Positions 28,963-39,131 of a DNA stretch of 64,000 nt are shown piece after piece (position 1 is the first letter of the stretch; the number at the start of each line of letters is the position of its first letter). This stretch comes from an uncultured Eudoraea sp. Lineage in GTDB: Bacteria > Bacteroidota > Bacteroidia > Flavobacteriales > Flavobacteriaceae. The position numbers were made by a program, and so were the translations under genes. The DNA lies in the NCBI GenBank assembly GCA_947258555.1, contig CAMYJF010000002.1, positions 12,070 through 76,069 of the forward strand, given 5' to 3'. The notes beneath the pieces were generated by a model. That model had not been told where the DNA came from. It did not search any database and saw only the letters and a program-made list of their open reading frames with translations.

Positions 28963-30732
28963 ATGAAATACCTGGTACTATATGCTGCTTGCTTATGCAC
29001 GATTGGAATGTGGGCTCAAGAGAACCGCATCATAAGGGGGAAGATCTCAGATGGGACGAACCTTCTAAAAGATGTTCAGATCCAAAATGGGGATGATAGC
29101 TCTGTTGTCTTTACAGACGAATCCGGCGCCTATCAGATCGAGGCGGCTACAGGAGATATACTGCGGTTTATGTATGCGGGAAAGAAAAACTACCGTATCC
29201 GTGTGGAAGATGTGACCCGATTTCTTAACCTGATCATGATCCCTGATGTACAGGAATTGGACGAGGTGACAGTAACGAATAGCCGGCGAAGATCCCAAAA
29301 AGAATTGGCTGCAGAATACCGTGTCAATCCAGCCTTGATCCGCACAGCATTTGGCATAATCGATGCCCGAACTGCACCAGGAAAGGTACAAATGGTTTCA
29401 GGGGATGAGATTGCGCCTATTGGTCTGAACATTCTGGATGTAATACGTAACAGGTTTACGGGAGTGCAGGTTTTTGGAGATGGGCAGTTTAGGAGCACGG
29501 GATTAGATGCTAATGGATTACCCCAGCAAGGAGGGTATATTACAATCAGGGGTCAGGGATCAGTTAGCAGTCCAAGAACGGCCATCTATGATATAGACGG
29601 TCAGGTTTTTTCAAATACTCCTTTATGGCTGGATGTAAACAACATTAAACGCATGGCCATTGTAAATTCCCTGGCTTATAATGCACGTTATGGTTCCGTC
29701 GGTGGTGGAGGTGTAATTATTGTAAATACCGTTAGCGGGGAGGCCTCCATGCCCAAAACAGGGGATCTGGCCCGATTGCGCAATAATTATGTGAAGGGGG
29801 CAGTCCCGGCTTATGAGGAGTTGCTTGACGATAAGCCGATCTATATTCGCGAACTTACTCAAATTAACCAGTTGCAGGATGCAATAAATGTATTTGAGAA
29901 ATACCGCACTCAATATACCGCTTCTCCTTATTTCTATATGGATATGTATGCGTATTTTGTTTCTCGCAACGATGGCGGGCAAATGGCTTCTAAGATCCTG
30001 GAAGACAACATAGCTAAAATCGAGGGCAATCCGGTACTGATGAAAGGACTTGCCTATATTCTGGAGGAAAATGGGAAAAGTGAGGAAGCCCTGGAGGTGT
30101 ACAAAGAAGTATTCAAACTGCGACCCCATTACAGTCAGTCTTACCTGGACGTGGCCCGAGCCTATCGCGAGGCCGGGGAGATCGGAAAATCTGCTGCCAT
30201 ATATGCCCGATACAAATACCTCTTAGAAGAAAAATTTCTGGCACCTTCCGATGATTTTGGCAAGATACTTCGGCATGAGAATGATAATCTGCTTGCGGTG
30301 GATGGGAGAAAAATAGGTAAGAGGGTTCAAAATATTCTTACTGATCCTTTTGTTAATGGCACTACACGTGTCGTCTTTGAATGGAATGATAGCGAAGCCG
30401 AGTTTGAATTGCAGTTCGTAAACCCGGGCGGACAGTATTATACCTGGAAACATACCTATGCCGATAGTGAAGAAAGGATCGTAGATGAAAAAGATAATGG
30501 CTACTCCATTGCCGAAAACATCATCGATAAAAATCTACCGGGCACCTGGACGGTGAATGCCAAATACTTGGGCAATAAGAGTCTGACGCCAACATATCTA
30601 AAGGTAACGGTGTATTCTGCTTATGGAGATCGTAGTCAGAGGAAACAAGTGCGTCATTATAAGCTCTTTTTGAAAGATGTGAATCAAAAATTATTCACAA
30701 TTTCTAATGGGAGTTCAGTAGTATCCAGATAG
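28963..30732 (+). CDS. Paralogue 3 of the same family
   Basis: Collinear with paralogues 1 and 2, with the same domain order and C-terminal FEWNDSEAEFELQFVNPGGQYYTW. Confidence 0.88.
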   Translation: MKYLVLYAACLCTIGMWAQENRIIRGKISDGTNLLKDVQIQNGDDSSVVFTDESGAYQIEAATGDILRFMYAGKKNYRIRVEDVTRFLNLIMIPDVQELDEVTVTNSRRRSQKELAAEYRVNPALIRTAFGIIDARTAPGKVQMVSGDEIAPIGLNILDVIRNRFTGVQVFGDGQFRSTGLDANGLPQQGGYITIRGQGSVSSPRTAIYDIDGQVFSNTPLWLDVNNIKRMAIVNSLAYNARYGSVGGGGVIIVNTVSGEASMPKTGDLARLRNNYVKGAVPAYEELLDDKPIYIRELTQINQLQDAINVFEKYRTQYTASPYFYMDMYAYFVSRNDGGQMASKILEDNIAKIEGNPVLMKGLAYILEENGKSEEALEVYKEVFKLRPHYSQSYLDVARAYREAGEIGKSAAIYARYKYLLEEKFLAPSDDFGKILRHENDNLLAVDGRKIGKRVQNILTDPFVNGTTRVVFEWNDSEAEFELQFVNPGGQYYTWKHTYADSEERIVDEKDNGYSIAENIIDKNLPGTWTVNAKYLGNKSLTPTYLKVTVYSAYGDRSQRKQVRHYKLFLKDVNQKLFTISNGSSVVSR

Positions 30733-30749
30733 GTATAACAAAGAGGTTG

Positions 30750-32378
30750 CTATACCTGTAGCACGCCCATATTAAATGCTTTTTCTATAGGGGCATGATT
30801 GGCCGCCTCAATTCCCATCGAGATCCATTTCCGAGTATCCATCGGATCTATAATGGCATCAGTCCAGAGTCGGGCTGCAGCATAGTATGGAGAGATCTGT
30901 TCATCATACCTGCCCTTAATTTTTTCGAATAAGGCTTTTTCATCATCAGCACTTAGTTCTTCGCCTTTCTTTTTAAGAGACGCTTTTTCTATCTGAAGTA
31001 ATACTTTAGCGGCAGAATTACCACTCATTACGGCCAAAGCGGCGGAGGGCCAGGAAACGATCAAACGGGGATCGTAGGCTTTACCGCACATCGCATAATT
31101 CCCGGCACCATAAGAATTCCCTACAACAATGGTAAACTTTGGTACGACAGAATTACTCACGGCATTGACCATTTTAGCCCCATCTTTTATGATACCACCG
31201 TGTTCACTCTTACTTCCAACCATGAATCCGGTAACATCCTGTAGAAATACCAATGGGATCTTCTTCTGATTGCAATTGGCAATAAAACGCGTCGCCTTGT
31301 CTGCAGAGTCGGAATAAATAACACCCCCAAAACGCATTTCGCCCTTCTTGGTCTTTATTACTTTCCGTTGATTCGCGACAATCCCAACGGCCCAGCCGTC
31401 TATACGTGCATATCCGGTTAAGATTGTCTTCCCAAAACCTGCCTTGTATTGTTCAAAATCGGAATTATCAACCAGGCGCTTTATCACTTCGAGCATATCG
31501 TAGGGTTCCGTGCGCGAATCAGGGATCAATCCGAAGATATCTTCCATTTTTTCTGATGGCTTCTCCGCTTTTATCCTGCTGAACCCGGCTTCGGGATTAG
31601 ATCCCAGTTTATCGATCAGTTTCTTGATAGTGTCCAAAGCATGGGCATCGTCTTTTGCCTTGTAATCCGTCACCCCACTGATCTCACAATGAGTAGTAGC
31701 TCCTCCCAGCGTTTCATTGTCTACATCCTCGCCAATAGCGGCTTTTACCAGATAACTGCCTGCAAGGAAAATACTCCCCGTTTTATCCACGATCAGGGCC
31801 TCATCACTCATGATCGGCAAATAGGCGCCACCAGCCACACAGCTGCCCATGACTGCTGCGATCTGGGGAATGCCCATACTGCTCATGATCGCATTATTTC
31901 GGAAGATCCGCCCAAAATGTTCTTTATCAGGAAAGATCTGATCTTGCATGGGCAGGAATACACCAGCACTGTCTACTAAATATACTATAGGAATTTTATT
32001 CTCTATGGCGATCTCCTGTGCCCGTAAATTCTTTTTAGCTGTCATCGGAAACCAGGCACCTGCCTTTACAGTAGCATCATTTGCCACTACAATACAAAGA
32101 CGGCCTTTTATTTTTCCCATGACCACTACGACTCCAGCCGAAGGGCATCCGCCTTCTTTCTCATACATTCCTTCTGCTGCCAACGCACCAATTTCGATCT
32201 GTTTAGCCCCTTTGTCGAGAATATAGGCCACCCGCTCCCTGGCAGTCATTTTTCCCTGGGCGTGTTGCTTTTCGATCCGGGACTTACCTCCACCTAATTT
32301 GATACGTGTAAGCCTTTTTCTAAGATCAGAAACAAGCATCTTGTTATGATCTTCATTCTTGTTGAACTCAATGTTCAT
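30750..32378 (-). CDS. Acyl-CoA carboxylase carboxyltransferase subunit (methylcrotonyl-/propionyl-CoA carboxylase beta type)
   Basis: 542 aa with two crotonase-like halves and typical carboxyl_trans patterns (GGARIQEG-like region, VMGSCVAGGAY, GNSYGAGNYAM). Confidence 0.88.
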   Translation of the reverse strand: MNIEFNKNEDHNKMLVSDLRKRLTRIKLGGGKSRIEKQHAQGKMTARERVAYILDKGAKQIEIGALAAEGMYEKEGGCPSAGVVVVMGKIKGRLCIVVANDATVKAGAWFPMTAKKNLRAQEIAIENKIPIVYLVDSAGVFLPMQDQIFPDKEHFGRIFRNNAIMSSMGIPQIAAVMGSCVAGGAYLPIMSDEALIVDKTGSIFLAGSYLVKAAIGEDVDNETLGGATTHCEISGVTDYKAKDDAHALDTIKKLIDKLGSNPEAGFSRIKAEKPSEKMEDIFGLIPDSRTEPYDMLEVIKRLVDNSDFEQYKAGFGKTILTGYARIDGWAVGIVANQRKVIKTKKGEMRFGGVIYSDSADKATRFIANCNQKKIPLVFLQDVTGFMVGSKSEHGGIIKDGAKMVNAVSNSVVPKFTIVVGNSYGAGNYAMCGKAYDPRLIVSWPSAALAVMSGNSAAKVLLQIEKASLKKKGEELSADDEKALFEKIKGRYDEQISPYYAAARLWTDAIIDPMDTRKWISMGIEAANHAPIEKAFNMGVLQV

Positions 32379-32448
32379 AGACCTGTTTTTTCAGCGAATA
32401 AATATACGGAGTAATATTGAGTACCTTTGGTTTGCTAGCACAGTAAGT

Positions 32449-33444
32449 ATGGAAAAAAGAATAAAATGGGGAATTCTTGGATTGGGAAATATTGCCAGGA
32501 AATTTGCCATGGACCTGTCATTAGTCCCAGGTGCAGAACTTGTTGCTGTCGCATCCCGAAACGTTGAAAAAGCAAAGGATTTTGCCGGCTCCATTCCTCA
32601 AAATCCGCAGTATCAGCTTGGGAGTTATGAGGAGTTATTCGAGAATAGGGAAGTAGAGGTCATTTATATAGCCACACCACATCACGCACATAAAAAATGG
32701 GCCATTGAAGCTATGAAGCACGGCAAGCATGTCTTATGTGAAAAACCCATGGGGATAAATAAAAAAGAGGTGGCGGAAATGATAGATTGTGCCCAAAAAA
32801 ACAATGTTTTCTTAATGGAAGGACTTTGGTCGAGGTTTAATCCGGCCTTATTGAAAATGAAATCCGTATTAGATTCAGGAACCATTGGCGAAGTCAAATA
32901 TATTCAGGCCGATTTTGCTTTTAACGCCATGGACAGACCTCTTGATAGCCGGGTTTGGAACCCGGACCTGGCGGGCGGTTCCTTGTTAGATATTGGGATC
33001 TACCCAATATTTTTAAGTTACTGGTTGCTTGGAATGCCAAAGGATATCAAAGCAGTGGCCGATTTTCACCCCCTCGGTGTTGATCAGCAGCTCTCTATGA
33101 TCTTTCACTATGAGGAAGCGCATGCCACACTCCACTCGGCTTTTACTTGCGAGTCTGATATGCAGGCAGTGATCGGTGGAACCACGGGTTGTATCCTGAT
33201 CCACCCTCGCTGGCATGAGACCAATGGTTTTACGGTTATCACTAATGATACTCCGTTGGTAACCGAAGAAGCCACACTCGGGAAGGGATATACCCATGAA
33301 ATCGAGGAAGTCCATCACATATTGAATAAACGGGAAGTTCAAAGCCCCTCCTGGTCATGGGACAACAGCCTGGAATTGGTGGGATTAATGGACGAGATCC
33401 GGGGCCTGATCGGATTGAGCTATCCTTTTGAAAAGGACGACTAG
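32449..33444 (+). CDS. Gfo/Idh/MocA-family NAD(P)-dependent oxidoreductase
   Basis: Rossmann N-terminus IKWGILGLGNIARKF and EKP motif (LCEKPMG). ATG 32449 is preferred, because the ORF-track start overlaps the divergent gene. Confidence 0.85.
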   Translation: MEKRIKWGILGLGNIARKFAMDLSLVPGAELVAVASRNVEKAKDFAGSIPQNPQYQLGSYEELFENREVEVIYIATPHHAHKKWAIEAMKHGKHVLCEKPMGINKKEVAEMIDCAQKNNVFLMEGLWSRFNPALLKMKSVLDSGTIGEVKYIQADFAFNAMDRPLDSRVWNPDLAGGSLLDIGIYPIFLSYWLLGMPKDIKAVADFHPLGVDQQLSMIFHYEEAHATLHSAFTCESDMQAVIGGTTGCILIHPRWHETNGFTVITNDTPLVTEEATLGKGYTHEIEEVHHILNKREVQSPSWSWDNSLELVGLMDEIRGLIGLSYPFEKDD

Positions 33445-33495
33445 GTTCTTTCAAAAATCATATATTTACTATCTAAACCCCCTAAACTAACGAAC

Positions 33496-33678
33496 ATGGG
33501 TATGAATAAAAATACCGTCCTGGCCTGGGCCACTTTTATAATGATCATTGTGGGTCTGGGATTGATCGCTTTAGGTGCTTTCCGCTATGATGAGATAGCC
33601 GGTTGGGGATTTGCATCGGTCGGTATAGGTTTCTTTGCGATCGCGTGGGTGTTCAACGCCTTAAAAGGCCGGGTATAA
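33496..33678 (+). CDS. Small two-TM membrane protein (60 aa)
   Basis: Two clear hydrophobic helices. Short ORF, so moderate confidence. Confidence 0.45.
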   Translation: MGMNKNTVLAWATFIMIIVGLGLIALGAFRYDEIAGWGFASVGIGFFAIAWVFNALKGRV

Positions 33679-33739
33679 ACATACCCTAATAACAGAATTT
33701 AATTTCCTTGAGTAGTAATCAAATTTTACTTAGTTAACT

Positions 33740-35434
33740 ATGTCTGATGACAAAAAGGTGATCTTCTCCATGTCCGGAGTCACCAAAACCTATAAAAATG
33801 CTAACACCCCGGTCTTAAAAGACATTTACCTCAGTTTCTTTTATGGGGCTAAGATCGGTATCCTTGGCCTGAATGGATCCGGTAAATCCACGCTCTTGCG
33901 AATCATAGCAGGCGATGATAAAAATTATCAGGGCGATGTTGTGTTTGCACCCGGATTTAATGTGGGACTCCTTGAACAAGACCCTCAAATAGATCCATCC
34001 AAGACGGTGCTTGAAGTCGTAAAAGAGGGGGCGGCCGAAACGGTGGCTATCCTGGACGAATACAATAAGATAAATGACTTATTCGGGCTGCCGGAATACT
34101 ATGAAGATGCAGACAAGATGCAAAAGCTCATGGATAAGCAGGCCGAATTACAGGATCAGATAGACGCAAGCAATGCATGGGAGCTGGACACCAAACTCGA
34201 GATTGCGATGGATGCGTTGCGAACCCCTCAAGGGGACAGAAAAATTGAAGGGCTCTCCGGTGGGGAACGAAGAAGGGTGGCTCTCTGCCGCCTTTTGCTC
34301 CAGGAACCGGAAGTGTTGTTGCTGGATGAACCAACGAATCACCTGGACGCTGAATCTGTACACTGGCTTGAACATCACCTGGCATCATATAAAGGCACCG
34401 TCATAGCGGTAACACACGATCGTTATTTCCTGGATAATGTAGCCGGGTGGATCCTGGAGCTGGATAGGGGTGAAGGTATCCCCTGGAAAGGCAATTACAG
34501 CAGTTGGCTGGAACAGAAATCCAAAAGACTGGCACAGGAAGGAAAGCAGGAATCCAAGCGTCAAAAAACCCTGGAACGAGAGCTGGAATGGGTTAGACAA
34601 GGGGCTAAAGGCCGGCAAGCCAAGCAAAAAGCAAGGCTTAAAAGCTATGATAAATTACTTAATCAGGATCAGAAACAGCTGGAAACCAAATTGGAAATAT
34701 ATATCCCGAACGGCCCCCGCTTAGGTACTAATGTGATCGAAGCTAAAGGTGTAAGCAAGTCCTTTGGCGATAATTTACTCTATGAGGATCTGAATTTTAA
34801 TCTACCCCAGGCAGGTATCGTCGGGATAATCGGTCCGAATGGGGCGGGTAAGACGACCATTTTTAAAATGATCATGGGGGAAATAGAACCTGATAAAGGG
34901 TCTTTCACAGTAGGAGAGACAGCCAAGCTGGCCTATGTAGACCAAAGTCATTCTAACATTGACCAGGAAAAAACTATCTGGGAGAATTTTAGTGATAAGC
35001 AGGAGTTGATCATGATGGGAGGCAAGCAAGTGAATTCCAGGGCTTATTTAAGTAGATTTAACTTCTCGGGAAGCGAGCAAAATAAAAAGGTGAGCATGCT
35101 TTCCGGAGGAGAAAGAAACCGGCTGCATCTTGCGATGACCTTAAAAGAAGAAGGTAATGTATTACTTTTAGATGAACCTACTAATGATTTAGATGTCAAT
35201 ACATTACGTGCACTGGAAGAAGGGCTTGAAAATTTTGCAGGTTGTGCTGTGATCATCACTCACGACCGTTGGTTCCTGGATCGTATTTGCACGCACATAC
35301 TGTCTTTTGAAGGCGATTCTCAAGTATATTTCTTCGAGGGTTCTTTCTCAGACTATGAAGAGAATAAAAAGAAGCGTCTGGGTGCAGATATTATGCCTAA
35401 ACGGATCAAGTATAAGAAATTGATACGGGAGTAA
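33740..35434 (+). CDS. ettA: ABC-F energy-dependent translational throttle protein
   Basis: Two ABC cassettes (GLNGSGKST, LSGGERRR; GPNGAGKTT, LSGGERNR), an inter-domain linker, and no TM domain; 564 aa. Confidence 0.92.
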   Translation: MSDDKKVIFSMSGVTKTYKNANTPVLKDIYLSFFYGAKIGILGLNGSGKSTLLRIIAGDDKNYQGDVVFAPGFNVGLLEQDPQIDPSKTVLEVVKEGAAETVAILDEYNKINDLFGLPEYYEDADKMQKLMDKQAELQDQIDASNAWELDTKLEIAMDALRTPQGDRKIEGLSGGERRRVALCRLLLQEPEVLLLDEPTNHLDAESVHWLEHHLASYKGTVIAVTHDRYFLDNVAGWILELDRGEGIPWKGNYSSWLEQKSKRLAQEGKQESKRQKTLERELEWVRQGAKGRQAKQKARLKSYDKLLNQDQKQLETKLEIYIPNGPRLGTNVIEAKGVSKSFGDNLLYEDLNFNLPQAGIVGIIGPNGAGKTTIFKMIMGEIEPDKGSFTVGETAKLAYVDQSHSNIDQEKTIWENFSDKQELIMMGGKQVNSRAYLSRFNFSGSEQNKKVSMLSGGERNRLHLAMTLKEEGNVLLLDEPTNDLDVNTLRALEEGLENFAGCAVIITHDRWFLDRICTHILSFEGDSQVYFFEGSFSDYEENKKKRLGADIMPKRIKYKKLIRE

Positions 35435-35440
35435 GTCCGT

Positions 35441-36232
35441 TCAATAGGCCTCGTTCGGGTACCAGTCGAGTTGTATGACTTCCAGATCTGGATTGCCGGA
35501 ATAGACCATTTCCTTGAATGCGGCCACATCACTGACATCGGGCCTGCCTCTATAGTGGTATGGATATACTTGTTTAGGGGCAAATTCAAGCACGGCGCTG
35601 GCAGCGCTTTCTTCGGTCATCGTATAGGGCAAATTCATACAGATAAAAGCAATATCAATATCCTCTAATGCGCGCATTTCAGGAATATCCTCCGTATCTC
35701 CGGAAATATAGACCCTTATTTCACCTAGCTCAAGTAAATATCCGTTTCCACGGCCTTTGGTATGAAAGGCAAGCGCCTCTTCCCGCAAATTGTACATTGG
35801 GTAAGCCGTAATATTTATGTCGAAACGTTCCTTGCTCTCCCCGTTATTCAGCACATCTATCTGAGGTGCATAAGCCTCCGGCATTTTATCAGCTACAGCC
35901 TGGGGAACAATGATCTTTGCCTCCGCAGTCGCAAGTGCTTCCAGGGTTTCCAGGCTAAAATGATCCCCGTGAATATCTGTGATCAGGATAAGATCCGGAT
36001 CTCCCTGGCCTTCAAATTGGTTTAGTGGCCCTACTGGATCTACATATATAAGTGTATTGCCATATTCTATCAAGAAGGTGCCATGCGCAATAGGGATAAT
36101 GTTTAGTTCTTCCGTAGCTTCAGAAACCATTTCGGCTGACTCTTCAAAAGAGGTTTCCGATTTCGGTTTTTCCTTGCAGGAAAAAAATGATGTAAAAAGA
36201 AAAATTAATAAAAGGGTACGAAGAGAGCACAT
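35441..36232 (-). CDS. Lipoprotein, MBL-fold metallo-hydrolase
   Basis: Lipobox (FFSC) and ITDIHGDH metal-binding motif. Confidence 0.7.
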   Translation of the reverse strand: MCSLRTLLLIFLFTSFFSCKEKPKSETSFEESAEMVSEATEELNIIPIAHGTFLIEYGNTLIYVDPVGPLNQFEGQGDPDLILITDIHGDHFSLETLEALATAEAKIIVPQAVADKMPEAYAPQIDVLNNGESKERFDINITAYPMYNLREEALAFHTKGRGNGYLLELGEIRVYISGDTEDIPEMRALEDIDIAFICMNLPYTMTEESAASAVLEFAPKQVYPYHYRGRPDVSDVAAFKEMVYSGNPDLEVIQLDWYPNEAY

Positions 36233-36444
36233 AGGCTAAGGATTTGAATTTATATATACTTGTAAATGAGTAATATATGTCATGATTTAAAGGATGTTTC
36301 ACCTGTCTAAAGGTACCTATTGCTTCTCTAGGAAGACCTTTTAGTGCTAAAATATTAACAAAATATAATCTAAAACTAATCCTGCTGCGTATATAGACTG
36401 ACATAGCAAAAAACTCTTTAAAAATTAGTTAATTAATCATCACT

Positions 36445-37332
36445 ATGACTGAAGCAAAAAATAATAACGGGTTAAAAGTAATTGCCGGATTATTAGGCGT
36501 AGTATTATTGGCCACGATTATTTACACTGTAAGCCTTTACAGAGACAAGAAACAAACCACTGAGCAACTTACTCAGGAAAAAGAATTAGTAGTTGAAGAT
36601 CTGAACAGCTTAAAGTCAGAATACGACAAAGCAATTTTGGAAAGCAATGCTACTAACGAAGAATTAGTAGCGGCTCGTGACAGGATCGCACAGTATATCG
36701 ATTCTGTACGAACTATGAAAGCCGACATTTCATCCCTTTCCAGGTACCGAAGACAAGTTGCAGTTCTCAAGCAAGAACGTGAAGCATTGATCAAGCAGGT
36801 AGATTCCCTTACAAGGACTAATACCTTAATTGCCATGCAACGCGACAGCACTTATGCTGAACTTGAGCAACAAACAATTTTTAGCGATTCCCTAGTGGTA
36901 CAAAACACCCAATTGGCGGACGCTGTTGAACGAGGTTCTGCCTTGAACCTTTCACAATTTACTGTAGATGCAGTTAAAGAACGTACTACCGGAAAATTGG
37001 TATCTACATCTAGAGCATCCAGAACTGACAAGCTAAAAGTATGCTTTACAGTTGCAGATAATGTGATCGCTGATGCCGGAGATCGGGAATTCCTGATCGA
37101 AGTATTGGATCCACAAGGAAATTTACTTGGTGGCGCCAGTTCTAAGTCTAATGAGGACGGAGCTTCCGTAAGCTATAGCAAGGGCACATCTTTCTATTAT
37201 GAGAATCAGGATCTTGATGTGTGTGATTTCATCAACAAGCCAGCCGGAGATTACCAAAAAGGTAATTATATGGTGAATGTGTATGATGACAATCTAAAAC
37301 TCTTAGGAACATCTAAGTTTACGCTCAAATAA
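36445..37332 (+). CDS. Membrane-anchored coiled-coil hypothetical protein, 295 aa
   Basis: N-terminal TM helix, a long heptad-like region, and a beta-rich C-terminal half. Confidence 0.65.
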   Translation: MTEAKNNNGLKVIAGLLGVVLLATIIYTVSLYRDKKQTTEQLTQEKELVVEDLNSLKSEYDKAILESNATNEELVAARDRIAQYIDSVRTMKADISSLSRYRRQVAVLKQEREALIKQVDSLTRTNTLIAMQRDSTYAELEQQTIFSDSLVVQNTQLADAVERGSALNLSQFTVDAVKERTTGKLVSTSRASRTDKLKVCFTVADNVIADAGDREFLIEVLDPQGNLLGGASSKSNEDGASVSYSKGTSFYYENQDLDVCDFINKPAGDYQKGNYMVNVYDDNLKLLGTSKFTLK

Positions 37333-37350
37333 ATACACTATTGAACGCAG

Positions 37351-37386
37351 AAAAGGGGGTGTAGTACATACTACATCCCCTTTTTT
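37351..37386. terminator. Bidirectional hairpin terminator between convergent genes
   Basis: AAAAGGGGGTGTAGTA cat TACTACATCCCCTTTTTT. It overlaps the fumC stop codon. Confidence 0.6.
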
Positions 37387-38791
37387 ATTTGGGTTTTTTC
37401 ATGGAGCCAACCATATCTTCAGGCTTCACCCAGGCATCGTACTCTTCTTCCGTAACATACCCTAACCGAATGGCTTCCTCCCGTAATGTCGTACCATTTT
37501 TGTGTGCCTCATTCGCAATTTCAGCCGCCTTATAATATCCAATTTTTGTATTTAACGCTGTGACCAGCATAAGCGAATTGTTGAGCAAGGTCTGGATCAC
37601 TTTATGATTAGGTGTAATACCTTGTGCACAATGCGAATCGAAACTTAGGCAAGCATCCCCCAGGAGCCGTGCAGATTGAAGGATATTAGCTGCCATCATT
37701 GGTTTAAAGACATTGAGTTCATAATGCCCTTGAGCCCCACCCACTGATAAGGCCACATCATTTCCCATAACCTGAGCACATACCATTGTCAAGGCTTCAC
37801 ATTGAGTAGGATTTACTTTTCCCGGCATGATCGAACTTCCGGGTTCATTGGCTGGTATACTGATCTCGCCAATACCAGATCTTGGTCCGGAAGCCATCAT
37901 ACGTATATCATTCGCGATCTTGTTAAGGGATACAGCAAGCTGTTTTAAAGCCCCATGGCTCTCTACCAAGGCATCATGTGCTGCCAATGCTTCAAACTTA
38001 TTCTCCGCTGTTTTAAAGGGATGCCCTGTAAATTTGGCAATATACTTGGCGACCAATACGTCATATCCTTCCGGAGTATTAAGTCCGGTACCAACTGCAG
38101 TTCCCCCCAAAGCCAGCTCGCTCAGGTGGTCTAGTGTATTTTCCAATGCCTTGAGTCCGTGCGTAAGCTGAGATGCATAGCCGGAAAACTCCTGTCCCAG
38201 GGTCAGCGGGGTTGCATCCATAAGGTGTGTCCGCCCGATCTTTACCACCTTGTCAAACTCTGAGGCCTTCTTATCAAGTGTATCACGGAGTGCTCGTATA
38301 CCTGGCAAAGTAACTTCAGCGATCATTTTATAAGCGGCAATATGCATACCCGTTGGGAAGGTATCATTGGATGACTGCGATTTATTGACATCGTCATTGG
38401 GTTGAAGTGTTTTTTCGCCTTCACCGATCACCTTGCCGGCTAATTCATGAGCCCTGTTGGCCACCACTTCATTGACATTCATATTGCTTTGGGTTCCGGA
38501 TCCGGTTTGCCAAATAACAAGGGGAAATTGATCGTCGTGCTTACCGTCCAGGATCTCCTCGCATACCCGGGAGATCAGATCTCGCTTCTCTTCGGGCAGA
38601 ATCCCTAATTCGCAATTGGTATAGGCCGCTGCTTTTTTTAAATAGGCAAAGCCATATACGACTTCCAACGGCATGGAAGCAGCCGGTCCTATCTTAAAGT
38701 TATTTCTGGATCTTTCTGTTTGGGCACCCCAGTACTTATCTGAAGGGACTTTTACTTCCCCCATAGTATCTTTCTCAATTCTAAACGACAT
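37385..38791 (-). CDS. fumC: Class II fumarate hydratase
   Basis: [11 protein letters not shown] signature and QSSNDTFPT motif; 468 aa. Confidence 0.96.
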   Translation of the reverse strand: MSFRIEKDTMGEVKVPSDKYWGAQTERSRNNFKIGPAASMPLEVVYGFAYLKKAAAYTNCELGILPEEKRDLISRVCEEILDGKHDDQFPLVIWQTGSGTQSNMNVNEVVANRAHELAGKVIGEGEKTLQPNDDVNKSQSSNDTFPTGMHIAAYKMIAEVTLPGIRALRDTLDKKASEFDKVVKIGRTHLMDATPLTLGQEFSGYASQLTHGLKALENTLDHLSELALGGTAVGTGLNTPEGYDVLVAKYIAKFTGHPFKTAENKFEALAAHDALVESHGALKQLAVSLNKIANDIRMMASGPRSGIGEISIPANEPGSSIMPGKVNPTQCEALTMVCAQVMGNDVALSVGGAQGHYELNVFKPMMAANILQSARLLGDACLSFDSHCAQGITPNHKVIQTLLNNSLMLVTALNTKIGYYKAAEIANEAHKNGTTLREEAIRLGYVTEEEYDAWVKPEDMVGSMKKPK

Positions 38792-38928
38792 GCAAGTGAT
38801 TTTTATACTACAAAGTTAGGACATTGGCTCGTATTCTATTAAGCGTAACCAAGGCTTTATAAAATTTTTTGGCCGACCGATTTGCTATTTGAATTTTCAG
38901 AGTATCTTTGTGACACAATTTGAATTCT

Positions 38929-39111
38929 ATGTTTGAATTTGATCAATATCTTGGATTTTTGGCATTTATGACCATCGTGACCATCGGCTTTTGGCTGATG
39001 ATGCTCCTGCTACTCTTCATAGTTCCCTATTGGTTAGGAGGCAATCTAATGGAAATGTGGAAAGAAAGACGCGATGCGAAACGCGCCAAAAGACAAGAAA
39101 TAGAAGCTTAG
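38929..39111 (+). CDS. Small membrane protein (about 60 aa)
   Basis: Two hydrophobic segments followed by a basic tail, with a terminator hairpin at the stop. Confidence 0.4.
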   Translation: MFEFDQYLGFLAFMTIVTIGFWLMMLLLLFIVPYWLGGNLMEMWKERRDAKRAKRQEIEA

Positions 39112-39131
39112 ACAAGCTTCTTTTCTTTTTT
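39103..39131. terminator. Hairpin plus T-run between convergent genes
   Basis: GAAGCTT agac AAGCTTC TTTTCTTTTTT. Confidence 0.5.

Noticed and set aside
25167-30732. Annotating the three paralogues as SusC/TonB-dependent transporters
   Set aside because: They are too short (about 590-615 aa). The region after the Plug is helical TPR-like rather than an amphipathic beta-barrel, and no SusD-like partner follows.
32359-32448. 5' extension of the Gfo/Idh/MocA ORF overlapping the divergent carboxyltransferase start
   Set aside because: The Rossmann motif begins right after the internal ATG 32449. The extension overlaps the neighbouring CDS and looks non-coding.
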